In this document: positions 1 to 18,577 of the stretch, piece after piece
Numbering within the stretch: the stretch's first letter is position 1
Layout: every line of letters begins with the position of its first letter
Assembly: GCF_009914755.1 (NCBI RefSeq)
Contig: NC_060927.1
Reading direction: 5' to 3' (one strand)
DNA length: 64,000 nucleotides
Origin: the human T2T-CHM13v2.0 reference genome, Homo sapiens
Translations under genes and position numbers: made by a program
Notes under the pieces: generated by a model
Told to the model about the DNA's origin: nothing
Seen by the model: the letters and a program-made list of their open reading frames with translations, nothing else
Database searches by the model: none

Positions 1-476
1 CTGGCATTACAGGCGCATGCCATCAGTCCCAGCTAATTTTTGTATTTTTAGTAGAGGTGGGGTTTCACCATGTTGGCCAGGTTGGTCTCAAACTCCTGAC
101 CTCATGATCCACACGCCTCAGCCTCCCAAAGTGCTGGGATTACAGGTGTGAACCACCGCACCCAGCCCAATGAACAGTTCTTGAATGAATGACACAATGA
201 AGAAGACTACCAGAACAAGAGCAGATCAAAGGTGAATAAGTGAGTAGTAGCTTCTGATTAATCCTCATCAGCAACCAACATAACCCAGGGCTTATAGATT
301 TCTCTATGTAATATGCTACACACATGTCTACGGAAAGAGAGAGAGAGAAGCACATCAGTCAACCAATTTTAAAAAGTTACTCTAAATGTGCTGTGTTGGT
401 CTTGTATTACAATCTTTAGATTACAGTATTATTTTATTTCAAACAGGACTGGTAGAAACTTCTTCATGCCTTTTCA

Positions 477-755
<279 letters not shown>

Positions 756-1835
756 TTAGATTAATTGAAAAGTAACTGGATCAATCCCCCTTTACCCCAA
801 GCATCTAAATGGAACAATTTGCTTTTCTTTTCTTCGGGATGCAGCATAATCCTCAAACTACAGAGCCACTTGGCAATGAAGCCAGGATCACAGTGCATTT
901 GATAACTTAATGCAACTTTTTACTAGCACTTAAAACTCAGATATGAAATCTATACTTGATCTTTTCTGCTTGGAATTGGCCAAATTAGTGGTTCTGCCCC
1001 AGTATACAACAAAAGGCTCTCAGAAACACTCAGGGTCGCTAACCAATCAGAAGGACCAACAGAGCTCGACAAACAGACAAGGGGGTGGAAGTGCACCGCC
1101 TTCCACCCCACCCGCTTAGACAGCCTTGCAACTCCGCCCACTTTGAGGATGTGTAGGATGATCAAGGTAAGCATGATACCTATCTTAACTTCAAGGTAGA
1201 AATTAAGGCTTGAGGGCACTTATTTGGTGCCTTATTCAGTTAATTGGAAGATTATATGGTAATTTCACTGCTCATAATAATTAAACCTTTTTTTTTCACT
1301 TTAGGGATGATAATGACATTTGGAGACTAGCACTGTAAACCTCAAAAATCTATTTTGAAGATGACTGGATTTAGGAGCAGGACAGGTTTGCTGTACACTT
1401 GAATGAACATGCTTTGTTCCCCAAAGCAGCAAAAAAGCCAGAGTCTGGAAGTTTCTAAAACTTGAAGAAGACGCAAGTGGCAAATCCAAAAAGCTGTGCC
1501 TAGAGAACAGGTCAGTTGACCGGCTGTATCTATTCCAGGCTCCCGAGTGGCTCGGTGGAGGATTTCGGACAGGTCTCTCAGTTTCCCCTTCTTTGGTTTC
1601 ACCTTAGAGTGAGAGAAAGTCACAGCATTTCTTCCTTTGTATTTCACAGAAACACAGGTGGCTGGATTGACAGTCAGCAAATGTAAAGAAATACAGGCGC
1701 CCACATGGCACTTATGCTGGCCTGGCCTCAAGCTTCATATTCATCCTTAATTGGTTCCCTGGCACACTCACCAGTGACCTGGCTCCACTTCACCAAATGG
1801 ACCCAAGGGCCCACACTTTCTTAATTCTCCTGTAG

Positions 1836-2141
<306 letters not shown>

Positions 2142-2417
2142 TGATCCACCTGCCTTGGCCTCCCAAAGTGCTGGGATTACAGGCGTGAGCTACCGAGCCT
2201 GGCCTCAATCTTATGCTTACTATTCTTAATCTGTTGCCTCATTTTATAGCCACATCTCAGGTGGCAGCTGAGGGATTACATTCATCTGTCTCTGAGCCTC
2301 TGAGACTTCTATTTTCTTCACCACCCTCCAGGAATCCTTTTTTCTAGCTCTTGGGTGCTGGCCATCTCCTGGACGTTTAAGTTGAATATCTGACCACCAG
2401 TTCATTGGTGCATCTAC

Positions 2418-2640
2418 AATCAATCCTCATTACCTGCAGATTCTGTAGCTGCAAATTCACCTACTTGATAATGTTTACTTATAGCCCCTAAATCAATCCC
2501 ACCGGGGCTTTTCTGGATGTGCGCCGGGTGGTGAAGAGGTTGAATGGCTGATAAGCACTATCCCAGCAGAGTTCCATCGAGGAACCTCTGCCTTTTGGTT
2601 TCCGCTCTTATACCATAAATGAATGCCCTTTTCTTGGTCT
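2418..2640. mobile_element. Tigger4/Zombi-like DNA transposon fragment
   Basis: caatcaatcctcatta...gcagattctgta...gcaaattcacctacttg terminal motif. Confidence 0.55.
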
Positions 2641-2733
2641 TTTTGGGGTTTTTTTTGAGACAGAGTCTCACTCTGTCACCCAAGCTGGAGTGCAGTGGTG
2701 TGAGTGCAACCTCTGCCTCTCAGGTTCAAGTGA

Positions 2734-2937
<204 letters not shown>

Positions 2938-3339
2938 TAAATGTAATGGAAACAGGAGAATTAGAATGGCCGAGAGAGAGAACTAGGACCCTGCATGAAT
3001 GAATCAAGTTGACTTGGAGAGAAACTGTATTTATAGGAAAGTTAAAGCTCTGAGTTTGCAGGCCAAGCAGGGTGGGGGTGAGCAAAGCCATGGGAAGGAA
3101 AGCAGGGCTTCAAAAAACAGCTGGTCCTTCTTGATAGATGCAGGGAGGAAACAGGAAAGACCGGGGGCCATGCGGTGTTATTTGTAGCACTTGAATAGCT
3201 TGGCTCTTAGAGTCCCAAGGCCTCCAGCTAGTGATCCACAGATGCCATTAGAGGGCCAAGTGCTCGCTGCTCTCTCATTTGTCAACAAGAAGACCCGGTA
3301 TGGCCCTGGCCTTAAGGACAAGTTAATCAATTGCTTATT

Positions 3340-3828
3340 GTACGTCACGAGATGAATGCTGGGAGAGAGGAAACACAGGGTGTGTAGGGAGAGGGCAAAA
3401 ACGGCTACATCAGAGATGAGGAAGGCTTCCAGGTGGGAGGTGACACAAGGAGGTAACCAGGTGGAAATCACCCTCAAGTAGCAGAGACAGGTGTGCAAAG
3501 GCTCAGAGGGAGCTTCTCCAGGATCAGCAGAGCTCGATTGTTGGGTGTGAGGCTGTCACAGAGGCTGGAGAAATAAGCAGTGCCTTGCTAAGAAGTCTGA
3601 ATTTTAACCTGAAGGGACATGGGAGCTACTGCAGGCTGGTAAGCAGAGGGGTGATGCTGGTTGGATTGCAATGCAGAGAAACCCTGGGTTGGGCTGTGTC
3701 TGATAGACTGGAGAGACCCTTGAAGAAATCAGGGTACAGGCAGTCCTCCGGAGTAGAAATGAGGAAGGTGTCAACTGAGACCACAGCAGTGGGGAAGAGT
3801 GTGAGAGGGATGGAAATTGAGATGAATT
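3340..3828 (-). mobile_element. L2 LINE fragment hosting the ATG exon
   Basis: Resembles the L2 3' region (tgcaaaggctcagagg...gctaagaagtctgaattttaacctgaagggacatgggagctactgcagg...aagcagaggggtgatg...gaccacagcagtgg). Confidence 0.7.
3619..3638 (+). pseudogene. Coding part of ALG1L2-type first exon (MGATAG-W)
   Basis: ATG GGA GCT ACT GCA GGC TG|gtaagc has a strong donor. Its phase 2 joins the ALG1 exon-6 homolog in frame to give [15 protein letters not shown], the ALG1L2 N-terminus as I recall it. Confidence 0.75.
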
Positions 3829-5469
<1,641 letters not shown>

Positions 5470-6242
5470 ACTGCCAAGAGAGGGATTTAGCCATAAAATC
5501 AGCAAGGGTTGGTCGTGGGGAAGTGGGGTACAGGAAGATAGAGGATTTAGGCATGGCTGCAGGGTTTTAAGCTGGTGGTACTGTTGGCTGGGAAATCTAG
5601 GAAATCCAGCATTGAGGGACCGGCTTTGTGAATCTGTTGTGGATGGGCTGAGCCTGCAGTGACCATGGGGCATCCTGCCTGGGAGGAGGGCGAACAGCAA
5701 TTCATCAGCACAGGTGGTGACTGAGGCTCAGGAGGGGCTACCGAGGCGGGAACTGCGGGCAGGGATGCTGGGGAAGGCAGACATTTAGGAGATGAGACAA
5801 CAGCTGGGTATGGTGGCTCACACCTGTAATCCCAGCTACTCAGGCTGAGACAGTAGGATAGCTCGAGGCCAGGAGTTCAAGATCAGCCTGCACAACATAG
5901 CGAGACCCCATTCCCCCCCCCCACAAAAAAAAATTAATAAAAAGTAAAAATACAAAGAAGAGATGGGACAGCAAAGAAGGCCTCATAAAGGAGATGGAGA
6001 GGAAGGGGACAGGAGGAAAGTGGAGAGGGAAGGTGACAGCCAGAAGCAGGCATGAGAGGTTCCCTAGAGTGGGGTTTTATTATCTCAAGTGACCATGAGC
6101 AAATTACTGAACCTGTCTGTGCTGCAGACATCATGGATAAAACGAAGATGCAATGAAGACAGTAACAACAGCACTTATGGGCGGGGCGGTTGTGGTGAAG
6201 ATTAAATGAAGAGTTTATATGGGAAGAGCTCAGACTGCTGCT

Positions 6243-7332
<1,090 letters not shown>

Positions 7333-7987
7333 ACAGTGCCCTGCTCTGTGAAATGTTCACCTTTATGAATAAGACGACTTCCACGAGTTGTTTTCTTCAA
7401 AGGTACGAGGAAGAGACCAGTGAGGGACAACCTGAGGGTGGGGAACCTAAATTTGTTGTGGCCACAATCTCCGCAACAACCTGATGTTTCTCCCACAGCA
7501 CTTAGCAGCCCAGGTGAAGGTAAATACAAGAAGGAGAGGGAACAAAGATGAGGGAGTGACACATCCTGATAACGTGCCAAAGACAACCACAGGCAGAAGT
7601 ACTGATGGCAGCGAGGCAGACGGGGAACCCTGCTCATCGCTCTGCCTGCCTCACTTTTGTTCAGGGGCCACCAGGAGGCCTCAGGTCCCAGGTGGACAGA
7701 AATCACCACGATCCCCTCTTGGCCCCAACCAACATAAGCACAGGAGGCAAACCAACTTTTTATCATTTATTAAAACAAATAAGAGGTTAATCTGTGGGTA
7801 AAAAGGCCTTGTTTGCCAGCAGCTCAGGGGATGCCTTCAAGCTGACAGGCGCTAGTGCACTTTGAAGTAGGAAGCATCAAATGGGTTCTGGAGATAAGCA
7901 ATAGATAAACAACGGGAGTTACCAGAAGTGTCAAGCCAGGCATCACCTTAACAAAAATTATTCCTGGAGCTATTGTGGAAGTCATTA

Positions 7988-8149
<162 letters not shown>

Positions 8150-8759
8150 TTAGCCAGGTGCAGTGGTGCACACCTGTAGTCCCAGCTACCCAGGAGGCTA
8201 AGGCAGGAGGATTGCTTGAGCCCAGGAGGTCAAGGCTGCAGTGACCTATGATCACATCACTGCACTCCCGCCTGGGCAACAGAGCAAGGCCCTGTCTCTA
8301 AAAATAAAAGAAGAGAAGACAGATGAAGCAAAGTGGGCCAAAACTTAGATAAAGGGAATTGTTCTGTTTTAGATGAAGGATTGCGAAACAAAATTTTCAA
8401 AAGCAGCAATGAAAGACCTGTCTACCACAGTGTAGCCCTCAGCAAAACCACAAGTGGGCAGACTCTGACTCTCCCATACCCCTCTGGCTAACCTCAAACC
8501 CCTTCTAGATAGAATGTTCTCCTTCCTCTTCATCCTAATGCCAGGAACAACTTTGGTGGTGCGTTCCCCACACCTGCCCCCTTTGCCAAAGCTCCAGGTT
8601 CCAGTGCCTTCCTTTCTTTCTTCTCTTCTGCTTTAAGGCTTGCTTACCCTGAGTTCAAGACCCTTACAGCCTTGTTAGATAAATGGCTACGTAAGATGAT
8701 CGGTTAATCAGAGCGAGCATGGCTGATGATGGCTTCTGCAATATAATGCAATGATCCTG

Positions 8760-9355
8760 CGCCCACCTTCACTGAACGATCAACATTCACTTTGGTGTAA
8801 TGGGGTAAACCATCAGCATGTCCCTCCTGATGCGATGCACAGACAACATGACACCATTGCTGTGATAGTCCCACCCCAAATGCATAAGAATATCACCGCC
8901 AAGAAACATCAGCCAAGTCCAAAGTAAGGGACATTCTATCAAATAACCGTCTTGCGTTCTTCAAGAATGCCAATACTATGAAAGATAAAGAAAAACTGAG
9001 GAGCTGTTCCTGGTTGAAAGGGACCTACAGAGACACAACAACTGAAAATAATGCATGATCTGGGATGATCGTTTGCTCCAATGTACATCATTGGGTTAAC
9101 TGGCGAAATCTGAATGAGGTCCATACATTAGAAAACCGTATTGTAGCAGGGTTAGTTTCCTGATTTTGATCATTGCATTGGTTAGATAAGAGAAAGTCCT
9201 TGTTATTAAGGAATACACAGGAATATTTAGGGGTAAAGGATAACTCATCTGCCACTTAGAAAATAATAAAGCAAATGGGGTAAAATGGTAGCACTGGGGA
9301 ATCTCAGCGAAGGGTATAACGGATGTCTTTGTACTATTCTTGCAACGCTTCCGTG
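8760..9355 (+). mobile_element. Old L1ME 3'-end fragment
   Basis: aagggacattctatcaaataac...ggagctgttcc...gtctttgtactattcttgcaac motifs. Confidence 0.65.
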
Positions 9356-9890
9356 TCTGGAAAAATAATAATAAATATTACCTATTTAATAACTAAATGA
9401 ATGAAAAAGTGTGCAATGTTTCTGCAGGTGTCGACCTTGGCAATGCAATAGGACCATCTCAGAAGCTCTGCATGAATATCAGTGCCCAGGCCCCAACCCA
9501 GAGATTCATAGTCAGTTAGCTGGGGGTGAATCTCCAGACATCGGCATGTGTGAAACACACCCCAAGGTCATTCTAGTGTGAATCCAGAAGAATAAGCAGC
9601 CAGCTTAGCCTTTAGTGTCATTGGGTTGACAGGAAAGTTCTAGGCTGGGGACTTTCTGAGCCCCCATGTCTGCTTGTTTTGAGATCTGATCTTGGGGGCA
9701 GCATGGTGACTCAAAACAGGAGCACAGTTGTGGGTCCAGTCTTGGTCCTTCCACTAATAAGATGGGAGACGTTGGGTCAGATCCCTTGCCTGTGCCAAGC
9801 CTGGGTTTTCTCAGCTGTGGAATGAGGTTAACCAGGAAGTGCCTCAGAGGCCAATATGCATTCAAGGAAGAAGATGCCCAGCTCAGTAAC

Positions 9891-10558
9891 TGATATGGTG
9901 TGGCTGTGTCCCCACCAAAATCACTAATTGTAGTTCCCATAATCACCACATGCTGTGGGAGGGCCCTAGTTGGAGGTAACTAAATCATGGGCTGGGTCTT
10001 TCCCCAGCTGTTCCCATGGCATTGAATAAGTCTCACAAGATCTAATTCTTTTTTTTTCCTTTTTTGAGACCGAGTCTCACTCTGTTGCCCAGGCTGGAGT
10101 GCAGTGGCATGATCTCAGCTCACAGAAAGCTCTGCCTCCTGGATTTAAGCAATTTTAATGCCTCAGTCTCCCAAGAATCTGGGACAACAGGCATGAGCCA
10201 TCACGCCTGGCTAATTTTTGTATTTTTATTAGGGATGTGGTTTCAACATGTTGGTCAGGCTGGTCTCAAACTCCTGATCTCAGGTGATCCACCCACCTTG
10301 GCTTTCCAAAGTGCTGTGATTAGAGATGTGAGTCACTGTGCCCTGCCTGATCTAATGGTTTTATAAAGGGGAGCTCCCCTGCACAACTCTCTTGCCTGCT
10401 GCCATGTAAGATGTGATTTTGCTTCTTCTCCACCTTCTGCCATAATCATGAGGCCTCCCCTGTCATATGGATCTGTGAGTCCATGAAACCTCTTTTTCTT
10501 TATAAATTACCCAGCCTCAGGTATGTCTTTATTAGCAGAGTGAGAATGGATTAATACA
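9891..10558 (+). mobile_element. THE1 (MaLR) solo LTR with an internal Alu
   Basis: tgatatggtgtggctgtgtccccacc...ggattaataca; 5-bp TSD gtaac/gtaat; Alu at about 10047-10347. Confidence 0.85.
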
Positions 10559-11115
10559 GTAATCCTTACATGCCCAGACCCTAAAATGGAGTTGCCACAG
10601 CATGGCAGTCTGAAATCCTTGTGATGTTCAGCTGGCAGAAGGGAATTTGGATGAGTAGGGCTGGCCAACTTCTGGTATTGCTGGTGGGTCCTGTCATTGT
10701 GTGGGTGGCTCCTTGCACCCCTGGCCCTTCATAGGACTAAATTCTGGGAGGGTTCTTGTGAAAGGGGCTAGAGAAGGCAAGAGGACACCAATCTTCTTCC
10801 AGGCAGTAGGAAGGCAAGCTGGAGAGGCCAAGCTCCCAAGTAAACTGAGGCACTTCCACTGTCCCCTTTGTGAGGCATGCTTGACCTGGGTTTTATGGAA
10901 AGAAAGTGCCCTCACCAGAGGGTGCTAAACAAGGCCCCAGGCTCCACACCTGATCCCAGGTGCTGCCCTCTGCCCTGCCCTAGACTCACTTAAAGCTGTA
11001 TTGCCCAGAGTCATGGCCTCAGGCCACACGTGGCTACTGGGCACTTGAGATGTGGCCATCTCAATTGAGATATGCTGTTAGTGTAAAATATACACTAGAT
11101 TTCCAAGCCTTCATA

Positions 11116-11150
<35 letters not shown>

Positions 11151-11398
11151 ATACAATATCCATTAAGAATTTTTAAGTATTCATTAATGTTGAAATAATA
11201 ATATTTTGAATTTATTGGTTAAAGTTTACTAGGAGAATTCATTTCACCCCTTTTACTTTTTCTAATGTGGTGACTAAATTATTTAATATTACACATGTGG
11301 ATTACTTTATACTTCTATTGGACAGCTCTCTTCTAAAGTCTGCACATTGTCCTTTTGTGGCTTATTTCCTTGATAATTTTATTAAAATTAAATTGAAG

Positions 11399-12010
11399 GG
11401 CCAGGTGCAGTGACTAACACCTGTAATCTCAGCATTTTGGGAGGCCGAGGCAGGTGGATCACCTGAGGTCAGGAGTTCGAGACCAGCCCGGCCAACATGG
11501 TGAAACCCTGTCTCTACTTAAAAATACAAAAATTAGCCAGGCTTAGGGGTGCGTGACTATAATTCCAGCTACGCGGGAGGCTGAGGTAGGAGAATTTCTT
11601 GAATCCTGGAGTCAGAAGTAGCAGTGAGCCGAGATCACGCCACTGCACTCCAGCCTGGGGGACAAGAGTGAAAATCCATCTCTAAATAAATAAATAGAAA
11701 AATAAAATTGAGGGCCGGGCACGGTGACTCATGCCTATAATCCTAGCATTTTGGGAGGCCAAGGCAGGAGGATTACCTGAGGTCAGGAGTTCGAGACCAG
11801 CCTGGCCAACATGGTGAAATCCCGTCTCTACTAAAAATACAAAAATTAGCTGGGCTTTGTTGTGGGTGCCTGAAATCCCAACTACTCCGGAGGCTGAGGC
11901 AGGAGAATCACTTGAACCCGGGAGGCGAGGTTGCAGTGAGCTGAGATAGCACCAAGGCGCTCCAGCCTGGGCGACAGAGGGAGACCCTGTCTCAAAAAAT
12001 AAAGAAAGCA
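11399..12010 (+). mobile_element. Two tandem AluS elements
   Basis: Two consecutive full Alu dimers with A-rich tails. Confidence 0.9.
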
Positions 12011-12524
12011 ATAAAAATAAATTGAGGAAGGATTGAGCATGCAAAATAGAATCAGCTTTGGACCTTGAATACCCTGCAGTGAGAATTCCCCTGTGGTTCT
12101 CAGGCTTCTGTAATTCCAGCAAATACACTCTTCCTTCAGGTTCACTAAAATGCAGATATTGTAAGATAATGCTCATTTCTCACAGCTTGCTTCAATAATA
12201 ATGATCGTCATAGTAATTTACAACTTAATAGTCAACACTGCCTTTTTAACCCAGTCTGTGAGACTGAATAGTAAACGTGACATTCTTTGAAGTAAAGCTC
12301 TCAATTAATACACCAGACTGCATAAACTCCAATAACTTACCTTTCCACGGAAAGAGAATATATGGGTATTCTCTCTGAAGACAAATGGTGGAGAGTAGAC
12401 TCTCATCAAAGACCCTCTGGCAGTAATGAGTTGCATTCCAGAAGGTTCCAGAAGGTTCTGTGGAAGGCTGCAGTTTGGGATTGGTTCTCAGGTGTCTTTC
12501 TAACTGCTTTCTAAGGATGAAGAC

Positions 12525-12844
<320 letters not shown>

Positions 12845-13417
12845 CTACATCCACAGGAGCAACAGACTAAGACATTCTTCCACACAATAACAGACCCAGG
12901 CAGTGCAGAGCCATGTGGGTCTTGTCTGTCCTGTTGTCCACAGTCTGGTTTTATCTTAGACCTAGCCTGGTGCAATCCATGTTGTGTATTGGCACTCCAC
13001 TTAAGTTTCCTGTTTGTAAAAAGCCCCTTTCATTCGGTGATTCCTCAGGGCTTTAGGGGAACTTTCTGGAAACCAGGAAGAAGGAAGTAAAGGTTGTTTT
13101 ACTGAGGATAGGTGATGTTGGGCGCGGGACCCAAATGAGTGGTTTGAGCAGAAAGTAGCCTCCACGCTGGACTAATGCTTGGCAACATTATGCGAAAATT
13201 TGGGGAAGCCGGGAGAGGAGAGGGCAGAGTTTCTTTCCCAGCCAGCCAGGGGGTCCAGGCAGTTTTGATCCTAGGATGTCTCTCTGTGCATTCCCAAGTG
13301 ATTGCAAGGCTTCTTCTTGTCATCGTCTGGATTCCCCAAGCGTCCTTCTTTTCCTGGAGCCTCTGAGTCCTCTATTCCTGAGGCCTTTCTTCAGCCCTCC
13401 CAATAGCCCTGCCATGA

Positions 13418-13540
<123 letters not shown>

Positions 13541-13628
13541 TAGGCCTGCCATCCTCAGCTGCCTTCTCTCCTGCTCGCCACTGCCCTGGCCTCTCCCCTT
13601 CTCACTGCAGAACTGGGAACCCACTCAT

Positions 13629-13840
13629 CCAGGGGTTGGCAAACTAAGGCTACAGGCCAGTCTCCTGCTTTTGTAAATCAAGTTTTATTGGGACACAACA
13701 CACTCATTGCCTTCTGAGTTGTCTACAGCCGCCTTTGAGCTACAATAGCAGAATTGCGTTTTGCAACAGAGAACCTGTGGCCCGCAAAGCCTGAAGTATT
13801 TACTCTCTGGCCTTTTAGGAAATGTTTGTGGACCCCTGCA
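13629..13840. mobile_element. MER58-like hAT MITE in ALG1L intron
   Basis: caggggttggcaaact...gtggacccctg terminal inverted repeats. Confidence 0.7.
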
Positions 13841-14094
13841 CTGTCTTACTCTCCTGCCAGTGGGTTCCCAGGCCTGCGGCAGGATCTGTGGACCTGTGTG
13901 TCCCCTGGGGTGTCTCACGGGGCTAAGGAGGGGACCTTTCTGCAGGTCCACACACCCTGAGGTGGGCACCTGGGTAAGCTGGGGTGGTGTGGGAGGGCGT
14001 CCTAGCATGCTCATCTTGAGTCCAGGGGATGATAAGACAGTAAGTCCCATGGAGAAAAGGAATGAGTCAGTCTTGTTTGCTGTTGTAACCTTAG

Positions 14095-14562
<468 letters not shown>

Positions 14563-14586
14563 TGATATTGAATTCTCTTCTCATAG

Positions 14587-14625
14587 AGGACGAAGACTTC
14601 TCTGTCCTGCTGGCAGCTTTAGAAA
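14587..14625 (+). pseudogene. ALG1L exon homologous to ALG1 exon 8
   Basis: tcatag|AGGACGAAGAC...TTAGAAA|gtagtt, 39 nt, EDEDFSVLLAALE. Confidence 0.92.
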
Positions 14626-15068
14626 GTAGTTGTGTGGCTGCGGTGAGGAGCGCTGGGCTTGTCGGGGCCACTGAACTGTGAGCTGCTTGCCTGGCCTGCA
14701 ACATGTTCCTGTCCCGGGCTACTGGGTGGGGCAGCCTGGGGACAGTAGGGGTGGTGGAGGTGGGCCTCCCTGAATCCCCATTTGGGTCATTGAGTGACCA
14801 GGCCCTCAGGCTGAAATGCCCCCTCCAGGAGAGTATCTCACAGAGGCTGGGGGACTCCCTGCCAGAGCAGTGCACTTTCTCCACCTGACCAGGTGACTCT
14901 GGCTATTGTTTATTCAAAAATTTTTTTCTGAATGGGGATGGTGGCTCACACTTGTAATCCTAGAACTCTGGGAGGCTGAGGCAGGCAGATCACCTGAGGT
15001 CAGGAGTTCGAGACCAACCTGGCCAACATGGTGAAAACTGTCTCTACTAAAAATACAAAAATTAGCTA

Positions 15069-15206
<138 letters not shown>

Positions 15207-15270
15207 TCAGAAAGAAAAAAAAAAAATCTATCAGAAATTCCATGTAGAATTGTTTCTTTTTTAAACACAG

Positions 15271-15330
15271 AGTTTGAACAACTGACTCTTCACGGACACA
15301 ACTTTCCTTCTCTCGTCTGTGTGATAACAG
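15271..15330 (+). pseudogene. ALG1L exon homologous to ALG1 exon 9
   Basis: cacag|AGTTTGAAC...ATAACAG|gtacc, 60 nt, KFEQLTLHGHNFPSLVCVIT. Confidence 0.93.
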
Positions 15331-15624
15331 GTACCGCCTGGGACCCTGGGTGTCTGTTTCGTTGGGGGATGGCAGAGGGGGAGGGGCACGCAGCCTTTAC
15401 CCTGTGCTTCCCACGATCTTGTCTCCTTAATCCTCACTGCAGCTCTCTGCCATAGGGTCTTATACTGCTTGACATGTGGGAAACTGAGGCTCAGAGGGTT
15501 TCACAGCAGGGCAGGGAGCCCAGATTTGAATCTGTAGATACCAAGCTTTCTACTTTTTCAGTAGTTTCCAAGCATCTTTTTTTTTGTTGTTACGTCATTG
15601 GTGTCTTTTTTTTTTTTTTTTTGA

Positions 15625-15816
<192 letters not shown>

Positions 15817-16529
15817 TGAACTCCTGACCTCAGGTTATCCACCCGCCTTGGCCTCCCAATATGCTGGAATTTTAGATATGAACCACTGTGCCCGGCCATG
15901 TCATTGGTGCCTTAACCAAGCCTTTTTTAATTTTTCAAACGGAAGAGCCCCTGTCCCACAGTTACTGCTGCTGAGCCCTTTCAAGATGACTCAGTGAAGA
16001 GGGAGAAAAGTGGAAGCGGTGTGGGAAGAAGCGGGGTCTGGGCCAGCTGCTGGTCCTGCTCTCCTCCCTCCTCTGGCCTCTAGGCTTCCAGGAGTGGTTC
16101 GGAATCCGCGCCATGTGCTCTGGGGGCTGTGGCAGGGCAGGGGCAGCTTGGAACCTGCGCCATGTGCTCTGAGGGCTGTGCCAGGGCAGGGAGATTCCTC
16201 GTGTACCCTGCGCACAACACGGACAGAAGGCTGGGTCCACCCAGTGGGCGGTCGGGTGCCAGGCTAGTGCTTACCCCGCCTTGTTTGCAGCCCGAGGCCA
16301 GCTGGTTGCAGGTGCAGGGCTATGTGTCAGGGGTCAGGGTGCACACACCCCTGCAGGTCTCGGGGCTCCTGGGTTGCTCCTGGAAGGGCCCAGATAGGGC
16401 CTGACTGGAGCTGCTGAGGGGTGGAGCTTCTGGGAAAGGGATCCCTCCTAGCGGGGAGTGTCTTGGGCCTGGGGCCATGTGGCAGGGACAGAGACGGGTC
16501 CATGGCAGTGTCTGCTCTTCTCTGTGAAG

Positions 16530-16640
16530 GCAAAGGGCCTCTGAGGGAGTATTACAGCCGCCTCATCTACCAGAAGCATTTCCAGCACATCCAGGTCTGC
16601 ACCCCCTGGCTGGAGGGCCGAGGACTACCCCCGCTTCTAG
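16530..16640 (+). pseudogene. ALG1L exon homologous to ALG1 exon 10
   Basis: gaag|GCAAAGGG...CTTCTAG|gtgaga, 111 nt, [37 protein letters not shown]. Confidence 0.93.
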
Positions 16641-17536
16641 GTGAGAGGCCAGCAGGAGGCTCAGGGAGGAGGCGGGGCCTTAAGCAGGGGGAGCAGGGGT
16701 GGGCGGGATGTACATTTTCTGAAAAGGTGGCTCTGGAGGCCACTTGCGGACAGGACCTGGGCTCTGGCTGAACTCCCGGGTGGAGGGTACTTCCTGGTAT
16801 GCCAGCCCCTCCCTGCCAGGTGGCCCCAGAGGCCCTTTACCAAGGGGTTTGAGGAGGCCACGTCCTTTCAGTCGGCCACGCCCTCCATTCAGTCCTCTTC
16901 CTTCCTGCAGGAGGGCTGTGCCTGGGGTTGGGGCCACTGTTGCCCAGGTGTGGGAGGGCAGTGGCTTTGGGAGGTACAGGGACGATGTGTCAAACAGCAT
17001 CGCCTCTCCCAGTTAGATGGTTCTCCTTTGCCTCCGTCTCTTTCCCCGTTGATTTCTCCAAGTGGGGAGTCGTGGCTTGGTCCTGATGGGTCTCTAGAGC
17101 CGCATCTTCCAGCTTCGAGTGAGCAGAGCAGTTGGAGGCTGAGGGCCTTTTCCTGGCAGGATTCTCCAGCTAGTCTTTGTTTTAGATAGTCTTGTTCCGT
17201 TGCCTAGGCTGGAGTGCATGATCTCAGTTCATGCAAACTCCGCCTCCTGAGTTCAAGCGATTCTTCCACTTCAGCCTCCCAAGTAGATTACAGGATTACA
17301 GGAGCCCGCCACAACACCTGGCTTATTTTTGTATTTTTAGTAGTGACAGGGTTTCACCATGTTGGCCAGGCTGGTCTTGAACTCCTGACCTCAAGTGATC
17401 CTCTTGCCTTGGCCTCTCTAAGTGCTGGGATTCCAGGCATGACCCATCATGTCTGGCCCCAGCTAGTCTTTAGAAATGTTAAGCTATTTGGCTTTATTTT
17501 CACACTGACAGCTGGTTTGTGGTGGGTGTGCTGTGG

Positions 17537-17575
<39 letters not shown>

Positions 17576-17717
17576 TTGAGATGTAGTTTCGCTCTTGTAG
17601 CCCAGGCTGGAGTGCAATGGCGCGATCTTGGCTCACTGCAACCTCTGCCTTTCCGGGTTCAAGCGATTCTCCTGCCTCAGCCTCCTGAGTAGCTGGGATT
17701 ACAGGTACCTGCCATGA

Positions 17718-17849
<132 letters not shown>

Positions 17850-17912
17850 TGAACCTGGGAGGTGGAGGTTGCAGTGAGCTGAGATTGTGCCACTGCACTC
17901 CAGCCTGGGTGA

Positions 17913-18302
<390 letters not shown>

Positions 18303-18508
18303 TAGGAGCAGAACCCGAATCTTTCTGGGGATAGCTTCACAGATCCACCGCTGAGGGGGAAGCAGTGCAGAGTGAGCTGCTCACAGTGAGGCCCTGCCCC
18401 TCGGTCAGTCTAGCACACACTGGAGGCCATGAGGAGGAGCCCTGCGGTTACTGTGCCTGGGCTGAGCCTCACTGAAGTAGTTGCTTCCATTTAGAACTCA
18501 TGTTATAT

Positions 18509-18577
18509 TTAGGTTGGTAGAAAAGTAATCACCATTTTTCCATTAAAAATGGCAATTACTCTTTCACCAACCTAATA
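18509..18577. mobile_element. MADE1 mariner MITE
   Basis: ttaggttggt...aaaagtaat...attact...caccaacctaa inverted termini. Confidence 0.8.
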
